This document shows positions 8,210 to 17,901 of a DNA stretch of 64,000 bases, in pieces. Origin of the DNA: Planctomycetota bacterium (GTDB taxonomy: Bacteria; Planctomycetota; GCA-002687715). A model generated the notes under the pieces. The model was not told where the DNA came from, did not search any database, and saw only the letters and a program-made list of their open reading frames with translations. A program made the translations under genes and the position numbers. How positions within the stretch are numbered: the first letter of the stretch is position 1; every line of letters starts with the position of its first letter. Where the stretch lies: contig NZBC01000036.1 in assembly GCA_002687715.1 (NCBI GenBank), forward strand, positions 4,322-68,321. Direction: 5' to 3'.

Positions 8210-9892
8210 TCACCGTCCGTCGTAGACCGTCTTCCCTCCGACCACGGTCATCACGACCTTGGTTTCGAGGATCTTCTCGTGCGGGATCGTGAAGACGTCG
8301 TGATCCAGGACGACGAAATCCGCGAGACGACCGGGCGCCAGCGATCCCTTCACGTCCTCCAGGTGCTCGCCGTACGCGCTGCCGACGGTGTAGTGGTACA
8401 CCGCCTCCCACGCAGTGAGCTTCTGCTCGGGGAACCAGCCCGTCTTCGGCTCCATGCGTTGGATGTTGGTCCGCGTGACTGCGGAGTACACACCGCGCAT
8501 CGGATCGAGCGGCTCGACGGACCAGTCCGTCCCGAATGCGAGCTTCGCCCCCGAATCGAGCAACGACCGCCAGGGGTACGCGGTCCGGCAGCGCAGCCTG
8601 CCGATCCGGGTCTCGGCAAATCGCATGTCGGTCGTGCAGTGGGTCGGTTGCATCGACGCAATGACGCCGAGACGCGCGAACCGGCGCAGGTCGTCCTTGT
8701 GGATCACCTGGGCGTGCTCGACGCGGTGCCGGCGGTCCTTCGTTCCGTTGACCCTCGCGGCGCGTTCGAACGCGTTCAACACCATGTGGACGCCCTTGTC
8801 GCCGATCGCGTGGATCCCGATCTGGAACCCGAGCCGGTCTGCCTCGACGACCATCGCGTCCAGCTTCTTCTGATTCATGGTCGGGAGACCATCGAAGTCG
8901 GGACGATCGATGAACGGGTCGAACATCGCCGCCGTGCCGTCGCCGAGCGTGCCGTCGATGTACCCCTTGAGGAAACCGACACGCACCCAGTTATCGCCCT
9001 GCCCCGTGACGACGCCGCGCTCCCCGAGCCACGCCGCCTGGCGCAACGGAAGCCAGCCCGTCCACCGCAGCGTCAGCTTGCCCTGGGCCTTCAGCTCACG
9101 AATGACCTCCATCTCCCGGAGGCTGCTGCTGGTCTGGACACTCGTGACTCCACGCCGGGCTGCGTGTCGAAAGCCGGCGATGAGGTCGGCCTCGAGCCGC
9201 TTGCGTCGCTGCTCGCGGGTCAACTGCGGACCGCGCCGCCGTCCCCGCACCAACCCTGCCGCCGACTCCAGCAGGATGCCGGTCGGCTGCCTCGTCTTGG
9301 AGTCCCGCTGGATCTCCCCCGCCGGCGGGTCCTTCGACGCGCTCGTGATCCCGCTGATCTTCAAGGCGAGCGAGTTGACCCACACCGAGTGCCCACTCGC
9401 GCGCCTCAGCACGACGGGGTTGTCGGGCGCGACCCGGTCGAGGTCCTGCTTGGTCGGCCAACGATCACCCCAGAGCGTGTGGTCGTAGCGCGACCCGTAG
9501 ATCCACTCCCCCGGCTGTGCCCGATCGACGGACTCCTTCACCAGCTTCAGGACCTTCGCCAGCGTGTCGACGCCGTAGAGGTTCAGCTGCCGCAGAAGCC
9601 GCGACCCGCCGGTGAAGTGGCTGTGACTGTCGTTGAACCCGGGCACGACCAGCTTGCCGTCGAGATCGACGACCTTGCCGCCCGGACGCATGGCCGACCT
9701 CACGTCCTCCTCGATCCCGATCGCCACGATCCGCTCGCCTCGCACCAGGACCGAGTCGGCACGCGGCACGCGACTGTCCATGGTCATGACGCGACCATTG
9801 ACGAACATGACGTCGGTCGGATCGCCGGCACTCTGCCCCCACGAAATCGCGACCAGGAGCAGACTCAACAGGGCATGACGCAACGCGGGCAT
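8210..9892 (-). CDS. secreted amidohydrolase (Amidohydro_3 family)
   Basis: 560 aa with signal peptide (LLSLLLVAISWGQSAGDP). Metal-binding HxH near the N-terminus (GFNDSHSHF), plus IGIHAIGDKG and VEHAQ motifs typical of the amidohydrolase superfamily. Confidence 0.8.
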   Translation of the reverse strand: MPALRHALLSLLLVAISWGQSAGDPTDVMFVNGRVMTMDSRVPRADSVLVRGERIVAIGIEEDVRSAMRPGGKVVDLDGKLVVPGFNDSHSHFTGGSRLLRQLNLYGVDTLAKVLKLVKESVDRAQPGEWIYGSRYDHTLWGDRWPTKQDLDRVAPDNPVVLRRASGHSVWVNSLALKISGITSASKDPPAGEIQRDSKTRQPTGILLESAAGLVRGRRRGPQLTREQRRKRLEADLIAGFRHAARRGVTSVQTSSSLREMEVIRELKAQGKLTLRWTGWLPLRQAAWLGERGVVTGQGDNWVRVGFLKGYIDGTLGDGTAAMFDPFIDRPDFDGLPTMNQKKLDAMVVEADRLGFQIGIHAIGDKGVHMVLNAFERAARVNGTKDRRHRVEHAQVIHKDDLRRFARLGVIASMQPTHCTTDMRFAETRIGRLRCRTAYPWRSLLDSGAKLAFGTDWSVEPLDPMRGVYSAVTRTNIQRMEPKTGWFPEQKLTAWEAVYHYTVGSAYGEHLEDVKGSLAPGRLADFVVLDHDVFTIPHEKILETKVVMTVVGGKTVYDGR

Positions 9893-9955
9893 GGCAAGAC
9901 CTCCAAGACATCATCATGCCAGTTCCGCTGTCGAAGGGGAGCCTGCCGGGAGCGC

Positions 9956-11443
9956 ATGCAGTACGATCCGGTCATGGGATGCCTTCTTCCGTGGTGCGTG
10001 GTCATGATCGTGACCGCGGCCTCGGCCCTGGCTTCGGCGCAGACTCCGGACGACCCTTTGGTCGTCGGCCCGCTCGAGTGCCGCACAGCGGTCACGAAGC
10101 TGCGCAACGAAATCCGGAGTGGTCGTCGCGCGGGTGAGCTCGGATGCTCGGAGCTGGCCCAGGCGATCGCGCGCACGTTCAAGAAGCTCGGGCTTCAATC
10201 AGGGGGTGACGGTCGCGATCGTTCGAATCCGTGGACGCAGCGCGTCACGTTGAAGGGAGCCGGTTGGAGCCCCGCGCGTACCTTCATCGGGGTCGTTGGG
10301 CGCGAGAAGCAGCGCGTGAGCATCGGATCGGGGTTCTCTGCAGAAGCTCCCGCCCGAATGGACGCCAAGGGGAAGCTCGCGGTCCTGTGTGTGCCGGAGA
10401 TCACCAAGGACCCCGCGCTGTCAGTAGCCCAGGTTCTGAATCGGCCCCGGCCAAGAATGAAGAAGTTCGAGATCCACGGTTCGGTCGTAATCGTGGCACC
10501 CAACCGAGAGGGCGGCGACGAGGCGGCCCACCGCGGATGCGTGTCCAAGTTGCGCAAGGCCGGCGCGAAGGCGGTCCTGTTGGTCGATTCGAAGGCACGG
10601 CTCGGCGACCTCTGCGAGACCTGGACGTTGGCGACTCGATACCGCCGCCGATCCAACCTCGCCAGCCCGCTACTGTACGTTACGAGATCCGAAGCCGAGA
10701 AGCTGGCCAAGTCGGCGAACCTGGAACTCAACCTGATCGAAGCGCAGCGTAGCGTCCACAGCGCACTCGGCGCGGGCGCGAACGCCTTCTCACGGTCCAA
10801 GAAGTCGGTGCACGTCGCCCTCGAATACCGGGTACGAAGGCACCACGACGTAAACGTCGTGGGTTGGATCGGGGGATCCGATCCGAAACTGGCCGAGGAG
10901 GTCGTCGTCGTCGTGTCCCACCTCGATCACCCGGTGCCGAAACTCCTCGGGATCACATCCGGCGACGGGCTCACCGGATGCGCCGGCCTCGTCCTGATCG
11001 CGAAGCGCCTCGCCGAGTCGAAGCCCCGACGGACGGTGGTCTTCGTCGGCGCCTCGGGGGAACACGCGGATTCTGCGGGTGCGCGCTGGTTCGCCAAGCA
11101 CCCGTCGCATCCGCTGGACAAGGTGATCGGTGTCGTCGCGCTCGGTTCTGTCGGCATTGCCGATGGGCCCCTCGAGAAGCGCCCCACAGCGCTGGCGCAC
11201 AGCGGCGCCACCGCCCTCGTCGCCCGAGTCAAGGCCTGGAACGGAGACAAGGGATTGCAGCTCGTCGAGAAGCCGACGGTCGGGTCCGCACTCGAACCGT
11301 TCAACGGCAAGCAACGACTTCTTCTCGGACTTGCCGGAGTCCCGGGCGGAGAGACGGGCAGGTGCGCCGTTGATGCCGAAGGCATGGCGCAGGCCGTCGA
11401 GCTGGCGCTGCGCGCCGTCACCGCAATCGCGAATGACCGCTGA
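9956..11443 (+). CDS. M28-family zinc aminopeptidase with PA domain
   Basis: Real coding part is the distal end of the 1054-aa track ORF (its proximal part is antisense artefact). Start at ATG 9956 (alternative ATG 9974, MGCLLPWCVVMIVTAASALA signal peptide). M28 motifs HLDH, DGLTGCAG and FVGASGEH are present. Confidence 0.7.
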   Translation: MQYDPVMGCLLPWCVVMIVTAASALASAQTPDDPLVVGPLECRTAVTKLRNEIRSGRRAGELGCSELAQAIARTFKKLGLQSGGDGRDRSNPWTQRVTLKGAGWSPARTFIGVVGREKQRVSIGSGFSAEAPARMDAKGKLAVLCVPEITKDPALSVAQVLNRPRPRMKKFEIHGSVVIVAPNREGGDEAAHRGCVSKLRKAGAKAVLLVDSKARLGDLCETWTLATRYRRRSNLASPLLYVTRSEAEKLAKSANLELNLIEAQRSVHSALGAGANAFSRSKKSVHVALEYRVRRHHDVNVVGWIGGSDPKLAEEVVVVVSHLDHPVPKLLGITSGDGLTGCAGLVLIAKRLAESKPRRTVVFVGASGEHADSAGARWFAKHPSHPLDKVIGVVALGSVGIADGPLEKRPTALAHSGATALVARVKAWNGDKGLQLVEKPTVGSALEPFNGKQRLLLGLAGVPGGETGRCAVDAEGMAQAVELALRAVTAIANDR

Positions 11444-11448
11444 TCCGC

Positions 11449-12264
11449 CTACGAGCTCGCACTCCTGACCGCGCCCGGCTCTTGGGGTAAGCCTGTCCTC
11501 GCCACCCTTCGGATCCACGCCGACGGCCAGTAGGTCACCGGGTCGCGGACCTTGCCCTCGTTGAAGCGGAAGGTCGGGGTCTGGATCTCGAACTCCGGGT
11601 GGGCGAGGACGAAGTCTCCCGCCGCGGAGGTCGGGTTGTTCGTAGCCCAGTCGGGGGCGGAGCGGGGGGCGCCCTGGAGTCCGGCCATGATGCCGTCGCA
11701 GGCAACGATGTAGGAGCCCTCGTCGACGAGGTCGTGGTAGGCATCGAGCTCGCGCTGCACGTGCTCCCGGGTGTGGCAGGAGTCGAGCAGGACGAGGACA
11801 CGCTCGCCGGGCTGGATCAAGGACTTCACTCGGGCGACGATCACCGGGTCGGTGGAGTCGCCTTCGATCATCGTGATGAGCTCGTCGGTGAGCTCGTGGG
11901 ATTCCATCGCAGCGCGGTTGTGAGGACGGATTTCCACGTCGACTCCGATGACACGACCATGACCCATCGCCTTGCAAAGGGAGGCGTGGAAGACCAGCGA
12001 GCCGCCGTGGGCGATGCCCGTCTCGACGATGACGTCGGGCTTCAGCTCGTAGATGACCTCCTGCAAGCGCACGATGTCCTCTGGGAGCTGGATGATCGGG
12101 CGGCCCATCCACGTGAAGCTGTAGACGTGCTTCGTGTCCCACCCGCAGCGCAGCCACGCCTGGGACACGATGCGGAACGCCTCGGAGCTGTCGAGCGGGT
12201 AGCTCTCCTCGACACCGTTCGACTCGGTGCACACACGACCGTTTTCGAGGTCGATCTTGATCAT
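11449..12264 (-). CDS. CmcI-family (cephalosporin-hydroxylase-like) class I SAM methyltransferase, likely sugar O-methyltransferase
   Basis: 271 aa. VETGIAHGGS SAM-binding region and overall similarity to PF04989 rhamnosyl O-methyltransferases. Its start overlaps the stop of the ketoreductase gene (ATGA). Confidence 0.7.
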   Translation of the reverse strand: MIKIDLENGRVCTESNGVEESYPLDSSEAFRIVSQAWLRCGWDTKHVYSFTWMGRPIIQLPEDIVRLQEVIYELKPDVIVETGIAHGGSLVFHASLCKAMGHGRVIGVDVEIRPHNRAAMESHELTDELITMIEGDSTDPVIVARVKSLIQPGERVLVLLDSCHTREHVQRELDAYHDLVDEGSYIVACDGIMAGLQGAPRSAPDWATNNPTSAAGDFVLAHPEFEIQTPTFRFNEGKVRDPVTYWPSAWIRRVARTGLPQEPGAVRSASS

Positions 12265-13088
12265 GTCACGCTCATCTCGGAGAGGGAGTCCTGGACCACC
12301 CGGACCATTTCCGGCAAGGCATCCACGACGGACCGGGGTCGGAAACCGAACTCATCGACGATCCGGTCGATGACCACCGCCACGTCCTCGATGCAGGGTG
12401 CATTCTCGGCGACGTCCCACCCGCAGCCGCAGATGGACGACAGCCGTTCCACGATCGCGCGATGAGTCGTGAGGGCGCCGGACGCCACGTTGTAGATCCG
12501 ATGGACCCCACGAAGCGCGATCGCCTCGATCATTGCCACGACGTCGTTCAGGTGCACATAGTCCTTGCACGACGCGGCACTCGTTCGCAGCGAGACGTGG
12601 CCGTTCACGGCCTCGCGAACGATCGACGCGAGGAAGTTGTCCGAAGCGTCGCCCGGCGCCGAGACGTTGCTCAGGCGAACGACGCGGCCCCGCATCCGCC
12701 GCGCGGACAGCGTCAGCGCCTCGCCGGCGAGCTTCGAGATGTCGTAGAGGTGATCCGAATCGCGGGGGTCCACGATGAACGCCGACTCTTCGTGCCCCGA
12801 CGGTGCTCCGCGATAGAGGCGCGCGGACGCCAGGTACGAGAACGACGCTGCGTCCCCGTCGGCCAGGACCCGCGCCGGGAGCGCCACGTGCGGTTCGGCG
12901 ACCTCCAGCGGACGATGCCGGAAGTCGGCCGTCAGCCCGGCCGCCCACACGACGTGCCCCAGCTCAGAGCCGCGCCAGCTGTCATCATCCCGCCCCGGCA
13001 CTTCCACGTCGTGGCCCTGGGTCTCGAGGTGGCGGACGAGCGCCGAGCCGATGAAGCCCCGCCCTCCGAACACCGTGAACCGCGCCAC
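12261..13088 (-). CDS. NAD(P)-dependent sugar epimerase/4-ketoreductase (short SDR-type)
   Basis: The true gene is only the distal 275 aa of the 563-aa track ORF. Start GTG 13088-13086 (VARFTVFGGRGFIGSAL, Rossmann GxxGxxG) overlaps the stop of the C-methyltransferase. The ORF has no internal Met upstream of the Rossmann fold. Confidence 0.65.
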   Translation of the reverse strand: MARFTVFGGRGFIGSALVRHLETQGHDVEVPGRDDDSWRGSELGHVVWAAGLTADFRHRPLEVAEPHVALPARVLADGDAASFSYLASARLYRGAPSGHEESAFIVDPRDSDHLYDISKLAGEALTLSARRMRGRVVRLSNVSAPGDASDNFLASIVREAVNGHVSLRTSAASCKDYVHLNDVVAMIEAIALRGVHRIYNVASGALTTHRAIVERLSSICGCGWDVAENAPCIEDVAVVIDRIVDEFGFRPRSVVDALPEMVRVVQDSLSEMSVT

Positions 13089-14356
13089 TACGGGATCACC
13101 TCGATGCGAGGAATCGGCACCACGAAGCGCCCGCCCCACGAGCGCACGAAATCCGCGCACTCGACGATCTCGTCCCGCAGGTTCCACGGCAGGATGAGCA
13201 CCCAATCCGGTCGCGCCGTCTTCAAGTACTCGACCGGGTAGACCGGGATGTGGCTGCCGGGCAGCCAGCGACCGTGTTTGCGCGGTGAACGGTCGACCGT
13301 GAACGAGACGAGGTCCCGGCCGATACCGCAGTAGTTGAGCAGCGTGTTGCCTTTCGCGGGCGCACCGTAGGCCGCGACGGCTTGGCCGCGCGCCTTGGCG
13401 TCCTCGAGGAACTTCCGCAGCCCGGTCCGCACCGAGCGTGCGCGCGCACCGAATGTCTCGTAGGTGTCCATCCGGAGGAGCCCGGCGCGGCGCTCCTCCG
13501 CGAGCACCTCGCTGACGGAAGGCCGCACCGACGGTGACGTCGCGGCGTGACCGACCCGGACCCGCAGGCTGCCGCCGTGGGTCTTCAGCCGCTCGACGTC
13601 GAACACGCTCAGCCCGACCCGCTCGAGAAGCCGCTTGGTCGCGGTCAGCGAGAGGTAGGAGAAATGCTCGTGGTAGATGGTGTCGAACTGCCCTTCGTCC
13701 ATCATCCGCAGCAAGTGCGGAAACTCGAGCGAGATCACTCCGTCGCGCGCAAGCAGGATGCGCAACCCCGAGACCAGGTCGCGAATGTCCGGGACGTGGG
13801 CGAGCACGTTGTTGGCGATGATGACGTCGGCCCGCCACCCGCGCTCGACCAGATCTCGCGCCGTTTCCTGACCGAAGAAGCGAACTTCCGTCGGGATACC
13901 CGCGGCGATCGCCACCTCGGCGACGTTGCGGCACGGGTCGACGCCAAGACACGGGATCCCGCGCGCGATGACGTTGCGGAGCAGGTAGCCATCGTTGCTC
14001 GCGATCTCGACGACCTTCGAATCCGGCCCGAGACCGCGCTCGGCGATGAGGTCGTCAACGAGCCTGGCTGCGTGATCGAGCCAGGAGTCGCTGAACGATG
14101 AGAAGTACGCGTAGTCGTCGTCGAAGAGCTCGTCCTGCGACCACACGGTCGCGATCTGCACGAGGTAGCAGTTTCCGCAGACGCGGGCGTGGAGGGGGCG
14201 CAGCCGCTCCTCTTCCGCGAGCTGATCCTCGGTCAGGTACGCGTTCGCTGACGGGTGGACACCGAGATCCGCCAGGGTGTTCGTCAACGGTGCGTCGCAG
14301 CCCCGGCACAGAACCCGTGGCTCGGCCCGGAGCATCGTCGCGGAACTCTCCCCCAT
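13088..14356 (-). CDS. NDP-hexose C-methyltransferase (TylC3/EryBIII/NovU family)
   Basis: 422 aa. N-terminal Zn-finger CRGCDAPL...CGNC. Class I MTase core (VVEIASNDGY) and C-terminal C-methyltransferase domain (AAYGAPAKGNTLLNY), characteristic of sugar C-methyltransferases. Confidence 0.75.
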   Translation of the reverse strand: MGESSATMLRAEPRVLCRGCDAPLTNTLADLGVHPSANAYLTEDQLAEEERLRPLHARVCGNCYLVQIATVWSQDELFDDDYAYFSSFSDSWLDHAARLVDDLIAERGLGPDSKVVEIASNDGYLLRNVIARGIPCLGVDPCRNVAEVAIAAGIPTEVRFFGQETARDLVERGWRADVIIANNVLAHVPDIRDLVSGLRILLARDGVISLEFPHLLRMMDEGQFDTIYHEHFSYLSLTATKRLLERVGLSVFDVERLKTHGGSLRVRVGHAATSPSVRPSVSEVLAEERRAGLLRMDTYETFGARARSVRTGLRKFLEDAKARGQAVAAYGAPAKGNTLLNYCGIGRDLVSFTVDRSPRKHGRWLPGSHIPVYPVEYLKTARPDWVLILPWNLRDEIVECADFVRSWGGRFVVPIPRIEVIP

Positions 14357-14536
14357 GTTCCAAACGTCGTCCGGGGCGAGGGTTTACGTTGAGAAAAGAT
14401 TCCCTCCGAGGCGCGCTTTGGCTCAAAACCCACCCGTGGGCTGAACGATAAGCAGAGATGGAATGAGGGAGCGGACGCTTCGGGCCGAGTTCCAGCACCG
14501 AAGGACCTCCCGAGAAGTCAGGGGAACCTCCGTCTC

Positions 14537-15361
14537 ATGAAGGTCGTGATCTTCGCTGGCGGATGGGGAACGCGTCTCGGCCAGATCGCGGATCGGGTGC
14601 CCAAACCCATGGTTCCGATCGGTGGACAATCCATCCTGCGGCACATCATGAACGCCTACGCCTGGCACGGGTACAAGGACTTCGTCCTGTGCCTGGGCGT
14701 CAAGGGCGACGCGATCCGCGCGTACTTCGAGAACCTCCCGGCGTATAGCCGCGACTTCACGATCGACCTCGCGACGGGCCGCAAGACGCTCCACGGCGCG
14801 TCGGAGCCGGTCCTCGACTGGAACGTGACCCTTGCCGGGACCGGGCTCAATACACTCAAGGGCGGACGGCTCAAGAAGGTCGGACGCTACCTCGACAGCG
14901 AGCACCACTTCCTGACCTACGGCGACGGCCTCGCCGACGTCGACCTGCAGGCGCTGCTCGCGTTCCACAAACGCCACGGCAAGTTGCTCACCATCACCGG
15001 AGTACATCCTCCGTCACGCTACGGAGAGATGGAAGAGCGCCGGGGCCGGGTGACCGCGTTCGCCGAGAAGGCGAGCTCTAGCCAGTGGATCAACGGCGGC
15101 TACATGGTCTTCCGACGCGGCTTGCTCGACTGGCTGACGACGGACGACGGGTGCGACTTCGAGAACGGGGTCGTATCCGAACTCGCGGGCCACGGCGAGG
15201 TCGCAATGTACCGCCACGTCGGCCCATGGATCGGCATGGATCACGAGCAGGACGTCCACGAGCTGGAGCGGCTACTCGCCGACGGCAGAGCATTCTGGAA
15301 GCCGTGGGAACGCGTGAAAGAGACCGCCGCCGTCTCGGCAAGTGACGAGCGTGCGTTCTGA
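14537..15361 (+). CDS. rfbF: glucose-1-phosphate cytidylyltransferase
   Basis: MKVVIFAGGWGTRLG...PKPMVPIGG nucleotidyltransferase signature, size 274 aa, and overall similarity to RfbF/DdhA. Confidence 0.85.
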   Translation: MKVVIFAGGWGTRLGQIADRVPKPMVPIGGQSILRHIMNAYAWHGYKDFVLCLGVKGDAIRAYFENLPAYSRDFTIDLATGRKTLHGASEPVLDWNVTLAGTGLNTLKGGRLKKVGRYLDSEHHFLTYGDGLADVDLQALLAFHKRHGKLLTITGVHPPSRYGEMEERRGRVTAFAEKASSSQWINGGYMVFRRGLLDWLTTDDGCDFENGVVSELAGHGEVAMYRHVGPWIGMDHEQDVHELERLLADGRAFWKPWERVKETAAVSASDERAF

Positions 15362-15371
15362 AGGGGAGATC

Positions 15372-16397
15372 ATGCGCGTACTCGTTACAGGACACCGCGG
15401 CTACATCGGGCCCTGGGTCGTCCGTCTGTTCAAGGACGCCGGCCACGAAGTGGTTGGCGTCGACGTCGGGTTGTTCGAGGGATGCGCATTCGAACCGTTG
15501 CCCTATGCCGACGCGGAGTGGTCCCGCGACTTCCGCGACCTGTCGGTACGGGACCTGGCTTCGTTCGACGCGATCGTCCACCTCGCGGCGATCTCCAACG
15601 ATCCGATGGGTGAACTCGACCCGGGCCTCACGCGGGCCGTCAATCTCGAGGGCTCCGTCGCGCTCGCCGAGTGCGCTCGCGACGCGGGGGTGAGCCGGTT
15701 CCTCTTCTCGGGCAGCTGCTCCGTGCACGGCAAGGGCGGCGACGACGCGCCCGCCGACGAGTCGTCACCGGTGCAGCCGTTGTCGGTGTACGCCGAGAGC
15801 AAGGTCCTCGCCGAGACGCGTATTGGCGCGCTCGCCCAGCCCGGATTCTCTCCGGTATTCCTGCGCAACGCGACGGCCTTCGGTCACTCGCCGATGTTGC
15901 GGATCGACCTCGTGGTGAACAACCTGCTCGCGTGTGCAGTGGCCCGAGGCGAGATCCGCATCCACTCCGACGGGTCTCCGTGGCGTCCATTGATCCACTG
16001 CCGGGACATCGCAGCCGCGCTCCTCGCGATCGCAGAAGCACCGGTCGAGCTCACCCACGGACTGGCGATCAACGTCGGCGATGACGGGCAGAACTACCGC
16101 GTCAAGGACGTGGCCGATGTCGTAGGCAACCTCGTCCCCACGGCCCGCGTCATCTACACCGGTGAGGCCGTCGACGACCCACGGGACTACCGCGTCTCGT
16201 TCTCGCGCCTCCGGCGGCTGCTCCCCGCATTCGCACCCCTCTACGATCTGCGCACTGGCGCGGAGGATCTCCTCCGACGCCTGCAGCAGCGCGGGTTCCG
16301 TCAGACTGATTTCGATAGTCCTCGCTACGTGCGCCTCCGCACCCTGCAGCGACGCGGCGAGGTCGCGGAACTACGTTACGAAAAGAGCTCGGTATGA
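15372..16397 (+). CDS. CDP-glucose 4,6-dehydratase-like NAD-dependent epimerase/dehydratase
   Basis: Start at ATG 15372 after a GGGGAG Shine-Dalgarno. MRVLVTGHRGYIGPWVV mirrors the RfbG motif VFVTGHTGFKGSWL. Extended-SDR size (341 aa). Sits between rfbF and the RmlC-like gene. Confidence 0.7.
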   Translation: MRVLVTGHRGYIGPWVVRLFKDAGHEVVGVDVGLFEGCAFEPLPYADAEWSRDFRDLSVRDLASFDAIVHLAAISNDPMGELDPGLTRAVNLEGSVALAECARDAGVSRFLFSGSCSVHGKGGDDAPADESSPVQPLSVYAESKVLAETRIGALAQPGFSPVFLRNATAFGHSPMLRIDLVVNNLLACAVARGEIRIHSDGSPWRPLIHCRDIAAALLAIAEAPVELTHGLAINVGDDGQNYRVKDVADVVGNLVPTARVIYTGEAVDDPRDYRVSFSRLRRLLPAFAPLYDLRTGAEDLLRRLQQRGFRQTDFDSPRYVRLRTLQRRGEVAELRYEKSSV

Positions 16398-16948
16398 GAT
16401 TCGTAGGAACAGGACTCCAGGGCGCATGGATCATCGAGACGGAGTCGCACGAGGACACTCGTGGGTCGTTCGCTCGTACGTTCTGCGCGCGAGAATTCCG
16501 CGAGCGCAGACTCGAATCGCGGATGGTCCAATCCAGCATCTCGCGGAACCAGCTCCGGCACACCCTGCGTGGGCTGCACTGGCAGGCGGGCGCGGCTGGA
16601 GAAGCCAAGCTGATCCACTGCGTCCGAGGCGAGATCCTCGACGTTCTCGTCGACCTCCGGCGGGGGTCACCCACGTTTGGTCGCCACGAGAAGGTCGTCC
16701 TGTCGGAAGACAACCAGCGCATGGTGTACGTTCCGCGTGGGTTCGCGCACGGGTTCCTCACGCTGCGCGACGACACGTGGGTCTCCTATCAGATGACCAA
16801 TCACTACGCGCCGCAGAGCGCGCGCGGCCTGAAGTGGAACGACCCTCACCTCATCATCGCGTGGCCAGTCGACCAGCCGCGGGTGTCCGATCAGGACGCC
16901 AACTGGCCGGACTTCGAACCAGCAGCCATCACGGCCGAGATGCCATGA
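16394..16948 (+). CDS. NDP-4-keto-6-deoxyhexose 3,5-epimerase (RmlC-like cupin)
   Basis: 184 aa. Conserved RmlC-type motifs (ETRGSF, SRN.LRG.H, YVP.GFAHGF, Y...Y). Confidence 0.8.
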   Translation: MRFVGTGLQGAWIIETESHEDTRGSFARTFCAREFRERRLESRMVQSSISRNQLRHTLRGLHWQAGAAGEAKLIHCVRGEILDVLVDLRRGSPTFGRHEKVVLSEDNQRMVYVPRGFAHGFLTLRDDTWVSYQMTNHYAPQSARGLKWNDPHLIIAWPVDQPRVSDQDANWPDFEPAAITAEMP

Positions 16949-17901
16949 ACGCCCGCGTCACTGTGATCATCCCGGCCACCGAAGGCGCCGACCGGATTGC
17001 CCGACTCGTCGCGTACTGGCACGGCCGTCTCGTCCGCATCATCCTCTGTGACGGCTCGCCGGACGGATTCTCGATCGCGGCGACGAAACCGACGCTGCAT
17101 CTACGTCGGCCGGGGTCGACGTGGATCGATCTCGTCGCTGACGGCGTTGCTCGCGTCCAAACCGACTACGCGCTCGTGTGCGACACGGATGTGTTCGTGA
17201 CCCCGACCGCGATCGGCTCCGCGATCGCGTGGCTCGACGTCCACCCCGGGCACGCGGCCGTTCAGGGACGCCACCTGCGTGCCATTCACGGCGCCGATGA
17301 TGTCCAGTTCGAGCCGTGTGAGATCCTGGGCGGGCTGCAGATGGTCTCGGCGGAGTGCCCGTCGGTCCGCGTACAGCAGATCTTCGACCCCTACCTGCAC
17401 GTCGTCACCGCGCTCCATCGGACGGAGACGCTGCGAGACGCGTTCTGTGGATTCCTGCGTGGAACATGTATCTCGGCCCGAGCGCTCGCCGAGCTACTGC
17501 TGGCGATGATCACGGCCGTCAACGGCAAGGTCCGCGTCTTGCCGGTGCCCTGGTGCGTGCGAGAGGTCTCCCACTCGGGCGAGACGACAAGCCCCACGCC
17601 GAGCCTGCTCACCCTGCTCGATGACCCCGACGCCGCCGACCAGATCGATCGCTTCCTGGGATCAGCCATCGTTCACCTCATGAACCGCGCCGACGTCCCG
17701 CAGGGGGACGCGCGAACGAGCGTGGGCAGTGCCCTGGACGTCTATCTCAACCGCTACTTGCCGCGCCTGCACCGACACCGCCTGCTTCCAGCGGTCGAAC
17801 GTGCTGCCCGCTCACTCACTCATCGCGGGTACCCCTCGGACGACCACGAAGATCTGGTGGCGATCCGCGCAGCGCTCTTGGGCGCCGTGGTCCAGGCCTA
17901 G
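16945..17901 (+). CDS. putative glycosyltransferase (GT2-like)
   Basis: True start MNARVTVIIPATEG at ATG 16945 overlaps the rmlC-like stop (ATGA). The upstream part of the 579-aa track ORF is non-coding. N-terminus resembles GT-A fold transferases, with an acidic DTD motif. Confidence 0.5.
   Translation: MNARVTVIIPATEGADRIARLVAYWHGRLVRIILCDGSPDGFSIAATKPTLHLRRPGSTWIDLVADGVARVQTDYALVCDTDVFVTPTAIGSAIAWLDVHPGHAAVQGRHLRAIHGADDVQFEPCEILGGLQMVSAECPSVRVQQIFDPYLHVVTALHRTETLRDAFCGFLRGTCISARALAELLLAMITAVNGKVRVLPVPWCVREVSHSGETTSPTPSLLTLLDDPDAADQIDRFLGSAIVHLMNRADVPQGDARTSVGSALDVYLNRYLPRLHRHRLLPAVERAARSLTHRGYPSDDHEDLVAIRAALLGAVVQA

Noticed and set aside
8279-9955. Proximal two-thirds of the 1054-aa plus-strand track ORF (8279..11443)
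   Set aside because: It is antisense to the well-supported amidohydrolase gene, with low-complexity Arg/Pro/Gly-rich translation typical of GC-bias ORFs. Only the distal M28-peptidase part from 9956 looks like real protein.
16162-16944. N-terminal 260 aa of the 579-aa track ORF
   Set aside because: It overlaps the dehydratase and rmlC-like genes in another frame. The real GT gene starts at ATG 16945 with an ATGA overlap.
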